A stretch of 64,000 bases of DNA, taken from contig JBKHIT010000006.1 in assembly GCA_046538485.1 (NCBI GenBank), forward strand, positions 32,001 to 96,000. Reading direction: 5' to 3'. A program made the translations under genes and the position numbers. Source of the DNA: Candidatus Brocadiia bacterium. GTDB lineage: Bacteria > Planctomycetota > Brocadiia > SM23-32. Positions 58,631-64,000 of the stretch are shown here, piece after piece; position 1 is the first letter of the stretch, and every line of letters begins with the position of its first letter. The notes beneath the pieces were generated by a model. It worked only from the letters and a program-made list of their open reading frames with translations. It made no database searches and was not told the origin of the DNA.

Positions 58631-60781
58631 ATGTCCAGTGAATCGGCTGTCCAGAACATCCAGAAAAAGCTCGCGTCTCTACGCCGCAATATCCGATTCT
58701 GCCTGCTTCTTGAAGGTGTTTCTCACCTGCTATTAGCGGCCTTCGCGTTCGTATTCTTGAGCTTTTTCATCGATTTTTTCGGCCATATGGACCTTGCACA
58801 ACGCGCCCTCATGCTCATCCTGGGCATTACTGCGCTTACCGTTGTTGCACTGCGTCGTATTGTACATCCACTGATGAACACAGTTTCCGACGATGGGCTC
58901 TGCCTGGAAATTGAACAACGTCACAAGGAACTTCACGACGGCCTTATTACTGCAATTCAGCTCGCGCGAATTGATGACACCCGGTCATACTTCTCACCTG
59001 CCATGGTTAACAATGCTATTCGCTCGGGGACTACGGCAGCAGAGCAGGTAAACTTTGAGGACATTCTCGACAGAGAACGTCGCAATCGACATCTTTTCCT
59101 GGGCATTGGAATTATTGCTACCTTTATACTTGTATTCCTCCTCTCGCCATCAAATACATCCCTCTGGTTCCAACGGAACATTTTCCTTCAACCAGCACAG
59201 TGGCCCCGCGAAACAACCCTATTTGTGATGGGTAGCAAAAACGGCAAACTTGCCGTACCTGAAGGCGCCGATCTTAACCTCAGGGTTAAAGCGGATCCCG
59301 ACGGAGTCATTCCCGCAGAAGTTGAACTCCATACGCGCCCCGCAGCACGCAGGCATGTGCGCACCAGCCCGATGTCACGGGTCAGCAACAATTCATTCCG
59401 TCTCACTTTCGAATCTGTTCAGAAACCGTTTGAGTTGCGTGTCCGTGGCAACGATCACAAAACTCAATGGTACAAAGTCCGGCTGTTGAAACGTCCGCGA
59501 CTTGAACGGCTGCAACTCACCGTCCTGCCACCTGAATATGTCGGGCAAGAAGAAATCGCCCTTCCCCCAGGACAAAGCGCATATCGAATCCTTACGGGAA
59601 GTGCGCTTAAAATGGAGGCGTTTTCACAAAAACAGCTCCAACAGGCTAAGTTGATGCGGGGTGAAAAAACGATTGCTGATCTAACGCTCGAAGGCAAGAA
59701 GCATTTCACTATCACAATCCCGGGGAAAAACTTGAAAGGGGGCCGTTACAGCATCGACCTGACGGATATCTTCGATATCGGTATCGATCGACCGATGCAA
59801 TTCGTCCTCCGTATCCGGCCTGACCGCAAGCCAGATGTCCGTGCCAAACTGGAAGGTATCGGGAACATGATCCTGCCCCGTGCAACTCTCCCCCTCAATG
59901 CCCGTTTTAAGGATGATTATGCCATAACAAACGCGTGGCTTCTATGCCAGGCCAACACCGGCGATAAACAACATAAGGAAAAGCGATTGAAGCTCGGCGG
60001 ACTTGCAGAAAAAATTGCCCAGGACAAACCTGAAATCCGGCACGAATGTCGGGTCGACATCTCACAGATGAATCTCGAACCGGAAAATCACCTTTTGCTG
60101 CGCGTGCAAGCTACGGACAACGATACCATCTCTGGGCCCAAAATTGGCGATTCGAGGGTTCTCAGCCTCCGAGTGGTGACTCCCGAAGCCCTCAGAGCCG
60201 AAATCCTGCGTCGAGAACAGGACCTTCACCAACAATTCAAGCGTATTCTCAACGACCAGAAGGATCTCTACGAAACATGCCGGATCCTCCAGGCAAATAT
60301 CAGCAAGGGGCAAAAAATTGGCGGCGACGAAAGCAATTCAATGGCTCGCCTTGAGAGAGGGCAACGCAAAATGGCTCGGCGCAATATTGATATTGCGGGT
60401 CAATTCCGCGGGCTTGTCGCGCAAATTCGCAACAACCACCTCGAAAAAAAAGAAGGCCCCCTCCAGACACGACTTACCAAGGAGATAATCATCCCTACCA
60501 CTTCCCTGGCCCAGAAATGGGCACCTCAGGCTGCTCACCAGTTCCACCAAGCACGAGAAAATGTTGGGGATGCAGAATCTTGCCTGGAAATGCTCCAAAA
60601 ATCCAAAAGGACTCAGCGCGAAATCATAGCCCGCATGCTGCAAATACAGAAAAGTATGGCAAAGTACGAAACGGTACACGAAGCGATCAATATCCTGAAA
60701 AAAATATTGCACAAACAAAAAGAATTGAAAAAGGAAACGGAAAAGGAACGTAAAGAAAGGGAAAAATCCGTTTTTGAGTAA
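58631..60781 (+). CDS. DUF4175-like membrane protein (TMs, Ig-like repeats, coiled-coil tail)
   Basis: N-terminal TMs, IEQRHKELHDGLITAIQL, WPRET, PPEY, PDRKP, DDYAI, ATDND, coiled-coil C-terminus. Confidence 0.72.
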   Translation: MSSESAVQNIQKKLASLRRNIRFCLLLEGVSHLLLAAFAFVFLSFFIDFFGHMDLAQRALMLILGITALTVVALRRIVHPLMNTVSDDGLCLEIEQRHKELHDGLITAIQLARIDDTRSYFSPAMVNNAIRSGTTAAEQVNFEDILDRERRNRHLFLGIGIIATFILVFLLSPSNTSLWFQRNIFLQPAQWPRETTLFVMGSKNGKLAVPEGADLNLRVKADPDGVIPAEVELHTRPAARRHVRTSPMSRVSNNSFRLTFESVQKPFELRVRGNDHKTQWYKVRLLKRPRLERLQLTVLPPEYVGQEEIALPPGQSAYRILTGSALKMEAFSQKQLQQAKLMRGEKTIADLTLEGKKHFTITIPGKNLKGGRYSIDLTDIFDIGIDRPMQFVLRIRPDRKPDVRAKLEGIGNMILPRATLPLNARFKDDYAITNAWLLCQANTGDKQHKEKRLKLGGLAEKIAQDKPEIRHECRVDISQMNLEPENHLLLRVQATDNDTISGPKIGDSRVLSLRVVTPEALRAEILRREQDLHQQFKRILNDQKDLYETCRILQANISKGQKIGGDESNSMARLERGQRKMARRNIDIAGQFRGLVAQIRNNHLEKKEGPLQTRLTKEIIIPTTSLAQKWAPQAAHQFHQARENVGDAESCLEMLQKSKRTQREIIARMLQIQKSMAKYETVHEAINILKKILHKQKELKKETEKERKEREKSVFE

Positions 60782-60904
60782 TATCCCAGAACGATTTTTC
60801 TCCAAAGAAATAAAAAGGAATTATTGAGCCCGGGACCTCGCCTTGTTACAATTAATTCGGGGGATATTACTCATCTCTGATCCAGAGTCAATTGGAGGCA
60901 GATA

Positions 60905-62854
60905 ATGAAAATCCGTTTATTGGCCGCTCTTCTGCTTGTTCTATGCATCTGGGGCGCACCGCATGGCCACCCAGGAGAGAAGGAGAAACCTGCCGAACGT
61001 CGTGACGAATCGGCGCTGGCCATTAAACAAGAAGGTGTCAGCAGCGAAATGCGTGCGCTGGAGCGGAAACTGCTCCGCCTTGTCCAGCAAGTGCGAGAAA
61101 CCAATCCCGAACAAGCTGAGCGTCTTTCAATCGCCTTGAAAAAGGCACGCGAAGCTATGCTGGAAAAACGGATGGAACGAATCTCTTTTCTCCTTAACGA
61201 AGTCAATCTTGACGCAGCTGTCCACGAACAAATCGAAGTCATACAGGACCTTGTGAACTTGCTGGAAACTCTCACCAAAGAAGAGAATTATTACGACGAA
61301 CTCCAAAAAAAAATCAAACAGCTGCAACAGTGGCGAAAACAGATTAACAAGCTGAGTCGTGAAGAATGGGAAGAAAAGCGAGAAAGCGAAAAATTCAGTA
61401 ACCTTGCAAAGACCCAAAAACAGCTCGCCGATCAGATGGCAAGGCTTCAGGAACTAAAAAAACAGCAGAAAGAACTTGCAGATAGAACAGAACAGGCACG
61501 TAAAAGTGGAGACCAGAATTCTGGCAAACTCGCGCAACAGCAAGGGAAAATTCGGAAAGACACAGCGAAACTGACGCGAGATATCGCTGAAGCAGCCGGG
61601 CAAAAGACCGGTGAATCAGGACCACAGAGCCGTGGGCAGTCCGTCCCTTCCCCTTCCGAAGCCCGAACACCAGAACCAGGACAACAAGACCTCACAGAAG
61701 CCACAAGACATCAGAAGACCAGCCAAAAAGAGCTATCGGACGCGAAAGCGCCCTCCGCTCACAAAAATCAAGAAAAAGCGCTCGCGGCCATGGAGAGGGC
61801 TCTCAAACAAATGAAAAGAGAAAAACAGCGACTCGACGCCCTTTCACCCGACCACAACAAGAAAATGGCGCGGAAACAACATGCGACTTCTCGCGAAACC
61901 GCCCAACTCGCAAAAAAAATGGAGTCCGCCGAGAAATCAGATTCGCCCGCAAACAGCCAGCAAAACGGCGCACAAGGTGGTCGTCACTCCGGAGCGCAAT
62001 CTTCGCCGCAAAAAAGCCTTAAACACGCTCACAATTCCATGAACAGAGGATCAACAAAACTGCAGAAAAATGACGCTGGGAAAGCTGCAAGAGACCAGGG
62101 AAAAGCACATGAAGAGCTACAAAAAGCGCGTCAGGAAATCGACAAGGAGCTCCGTGAACTTCGCGAGGAACAGCGGGGGGCTCTCCTGGCTAAACTTATC
62201 GCAATGTTCCAGAACATGCTTGATAAACAGGTCGCCATTACGGAGCAGACCGGCACCTTACAAAAGAAAAAAAGCAGTAAAGATTGGGGGCGAACGGAGA
62301 CACTCAGGTGTGCTGAACTTGGAGACGGCGAGAAGAAACTCGCAAAAATAGCACAACAGGCCCTCAAGATGATGCAAGAAAATAGTTCCCCCCTCGTCTT
62401 CTCGCAGGTGGTCAAGGGACTGATGATTGACCTGAAAACGCTCGTTAAAAGACTTCAGGCTGAAAAGACCGGACGGTTAACCCGCAGCATCCAAAAAGAT
62501 GTCGAACAAACCCTGTGCGATCTCATTCAGGCGCTGGAAAAAGCTCAGGATAACCCCCCACAGGCCGACAACAAGTCCAACCAGCCACAGAATGGCCAGA
62601 GCCCCAAACCACCACTCGTAAGTCTGCTCGCGGAGGTAAAACTGCTGCGGAACCTTCAGGGAAGAATCAACAAAAGAACACGTTCGCTCGAAAAACAGCT
62701 CCAGGGCAAAGGCAGCTCGGCTGACCTCGAACACGAGATCACAACCCTGACAGATCGTCAGAAATCTGTTTGCGAAATGGCCGAGAAGTTTCGCAAAAAA
62801 CTCATGGGCCAGGCCAGGAAGAAAAAGAAAAAACAGTCAGCCCCTGAACTATAA
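60905..62854 (+). CDS. secreted coiled-coil hypothetical protein
   Basis: Signal peptide, Q/E/K-rich heptads, PLVSLLAEVKLLRNLQGRIN.RT motif; operon context. Confidence 0.78.
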   Translation: MKIRLLAALLLVLCIWGAPHGHPGEKEKPAERRDESALAIKQEGVSSEMRALERKLLRLVQQVRETNPEQAERLSIALKKAREAMLEKRMERISFLLNEVNLDAAVHEQIEVIQDLVNLLETLTKEENYYDELQKKIKQLQQWRKQINKLSREEWEEKRESEKFSNLAKTQKQLADQMARLQELKKQQKELADRTEQARKSGDQNSGKLAQQQGKIRKDTAKLTRDIAEAAGQKTGESGPQSRGQSVPSPSEARTPEPGQQDLTEATRHQKTSQKELSDAKAPSAHKNQEKALAAMERALKQMKREKQRLDALSPDHNKKMARKQHATSRETAQLAKKMESAEKSDSPANSQQNGAQGGRHSGAQSSPQKSLKHAHNSMNRGSTKLQKNDAGKAARDQGKAHEELQKARQEIDKELRELREEQRGALLAKLIAMFQNMLDKQVAITEQTGTLQKKKSSKDWGRTETLRCAELGDGEKKLAKIAQQALKMMQENSSPLVFSQVVKGLMIDLKTLVKRLQAEKTGRLTRSIQKDVEQTLCDLIQALEKAQDNPPQADNKSNQPQNGQSPKPPLVSLLAEVKLLRNLQGRINKRTRSLEKQLQGKGSSADLEHEITTLTDRQKSVCEMAEKFRKKLMGQARKKKKKQSAPEL

Positions 62855-62891
62855 AAGCTCCAATACAAAGAATCCATTACGGGAGAATTAA

Positions 62892-63959
62892 ATGCGGATT
62901 TATATAACAATCGTACTGGTTGCCGCCCTGATAGTAACAACATCAGTCCAATCCCAGGAGAAAGACACCGGAACCACTAAAGCAATCTCCACAAAGCGAG
63001 CAGTAGAAAACTTCATACAGTGGGCAAACCATCAACAAGACATTGGCCCGGAAACAAAGGCAAAAATTCAGCAACTGTACGATTCCGCTGGGCCGAAAGG
63101 CGATCCCGACCTCATCGTTCGGGCTCTGACACTAATTCGGCCAGAATTTCACAAAGCCCTCCGGAATCTTAACAGTGAGAAGACGGAGAAGGCCATCGGG
63201 TTGCTCAAGCCATTAATCAAATCCAAAAACTCTTACCTGGAATCGAACGCCCGCTTTTTTCTCGCGAGAGGCCGTATGCAACAGGAGAATTACGAAAAAG
63301 CCGCCAAACTCCTAAAACATCTCGCCCAAGAAGATCCACCTCATACGCAATATAAACCACATAGCTTGTTCCGGCTTGCGATCTGCCAGCTGCATCTTTT
63401 GCAAAGGGAAAAAGCGCTGGAATCAATAAGCACATTCCTTCGCAATTATCCCCACGCTCCGAGCTGGCACCGAGAGCGCGCTAAACTGGTCTTTGTTCAA
63501 CTCATGACATACCCCGAAGGAGGCTTAAAAGAAGTTTGCGACCTGATGAAATACAGTCGTCGTCGTTTGAAACTGGATCAGCTCGACGAAACAACTCAAA
63601 AACGTCAGCAAAGGATTGTTGAGATATTGGATAAAATTATTGAAAAAGCCCAAAAGCAACAGGGTCAGAGTGGAGGCGGAGGGCAAGGTAGCGGTCAGGG
63701 CATTGTACAATCAGGCGGTAGCGGTGCCCCTTCGGGAAATGCAACACCCTCATCCCCTGCCAACCAGTCACAACTCCCGGGCGGATCGTCAAGCATGGGA
63801 CAGCTCGGACGCGAAGTGAGAGGAGATCCAGCTGAAACCTGGGGAAACATGCCGCCAAAAGAACGAGAAAAAGCACTTTCCCACCTGAAATCAAAGTTTC
63901 CGGACCGATATCGAGATCTCGTCGAGCAATACTACAAAAGCCTTCAGGAAGAGGAATAA
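62892..63959 (+). CDS. secreted TPR protein with Gly/Ser/Gln linker and conserved-looking C-terminal motif
   Basis: Signal peptide, TPR helices (ARFFLAR, SLFRLAIC, FLRNYP), WGNMPPKEREKA..FPDRYRDLVEQYYKSL. Confidence 0.78.
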   Translation: MRIYITIVLVAALIVTTSVQSQEKDTGTTKAISTKRAVENFIQWANHQQDIGPETKAKIQQLYDSAGPKGDPDLIVRALTLIRPEFHKALRNLNSEKTEKAIGLLKPLIKSKNSYLESNARFFLARGRMQQENYEKAAKLLKHLAQEDPPHTQYKPHSLFRLAICQLHLLQREKALESISTFLRNYPHAPSWHRERAKLVFVQLMTYPEGGLKEVCDLMKYSRRRLKLDQLDETTQKRQQRIVEILDKIIEKAQKQQGQSGGGGQGSGQGIVQSGGSGAPSGNATPSSPANQSQLPGGSSSMGQLGREVRGDPAETWGNMPPKEREKALSHLKSKFPDRYRDLVEQYYKSLQEEE

Positions 63960-63962
63960 CCT

Positions 63963-64000
63963 ATGCGACGACCAATCGTCGTACCCCTCCTCCTGATTGC
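63963..64000 (+). CDS. start of the next operon gene (signal-peptide-like), partial
   Basis: ATG 3 nt after the previous stop, GAGGA upstream; MRRPIVVPLLLI. Confidence 0.5.
   Translation, partial: MRRPIVVPLLLI

Overview
Bacterial genomic window, most consistent with a PVC-superphylum organism (planctomycete/Lentisphaerae-like). This is inferred from four [17 protein letters not shown] prepilin/DUF1559-type genes, sulfatases and a planctomycete-style MoxR/vWA operon. Left to right: (1-1.5 kb) the start of an RND efflux operon; (2.3-41.4 kb) an accessory carbohydrate/sulfate-ester catabolism region with an FAD oxidoreductase, GHMP kinase, two sulfatases, a double-domain amidohydrolase, a DegT-type aminotransferase, beta-propeller and beta-helix enzymes, a sialidase-like protein, a large secreted protein, and three GntR-LacI regulator + prepilin-like modules; (41.5-45.3 kb) glycosyltransferase, M16 peptidase and an MnmE-like GTPase lacking the C-terminal CxGK motif; (45.4-64 kb) a long PQQ-propeller / prenyltransferase-repeat / MoxR / DUF58 / BatA-vWA / coiled-coil / TPR operon. 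The most striking signal is non-coding. A small GIY-YIG nuclease gene (26076-26402) sits between the two arms of a GTCATTGCGAG...CTCGCAATGAC palindromic element, and two gene-less copies of that element with the same spacer occur at 19992-20097 and 25766-25853. This looks like an autonomous/non-autonomous pair of a nuclease-associated REP-like element. Other notable items: an in-frame double alpha/beta-hydrolase + D-serine dehydratase fusion, two homologous repeat-mosaic intergenic regions flanking a ~7 kb gene block, a truncated prepilin gene, a MITE-like inverted-repeat element, a dispersed 9-nt-period tandem repeat and an archaeal-looking KptA. No rRNA, tRNA, CRISPR array, integrase or canonical transposase was recognised. 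All calls are by eye, with no database searches.
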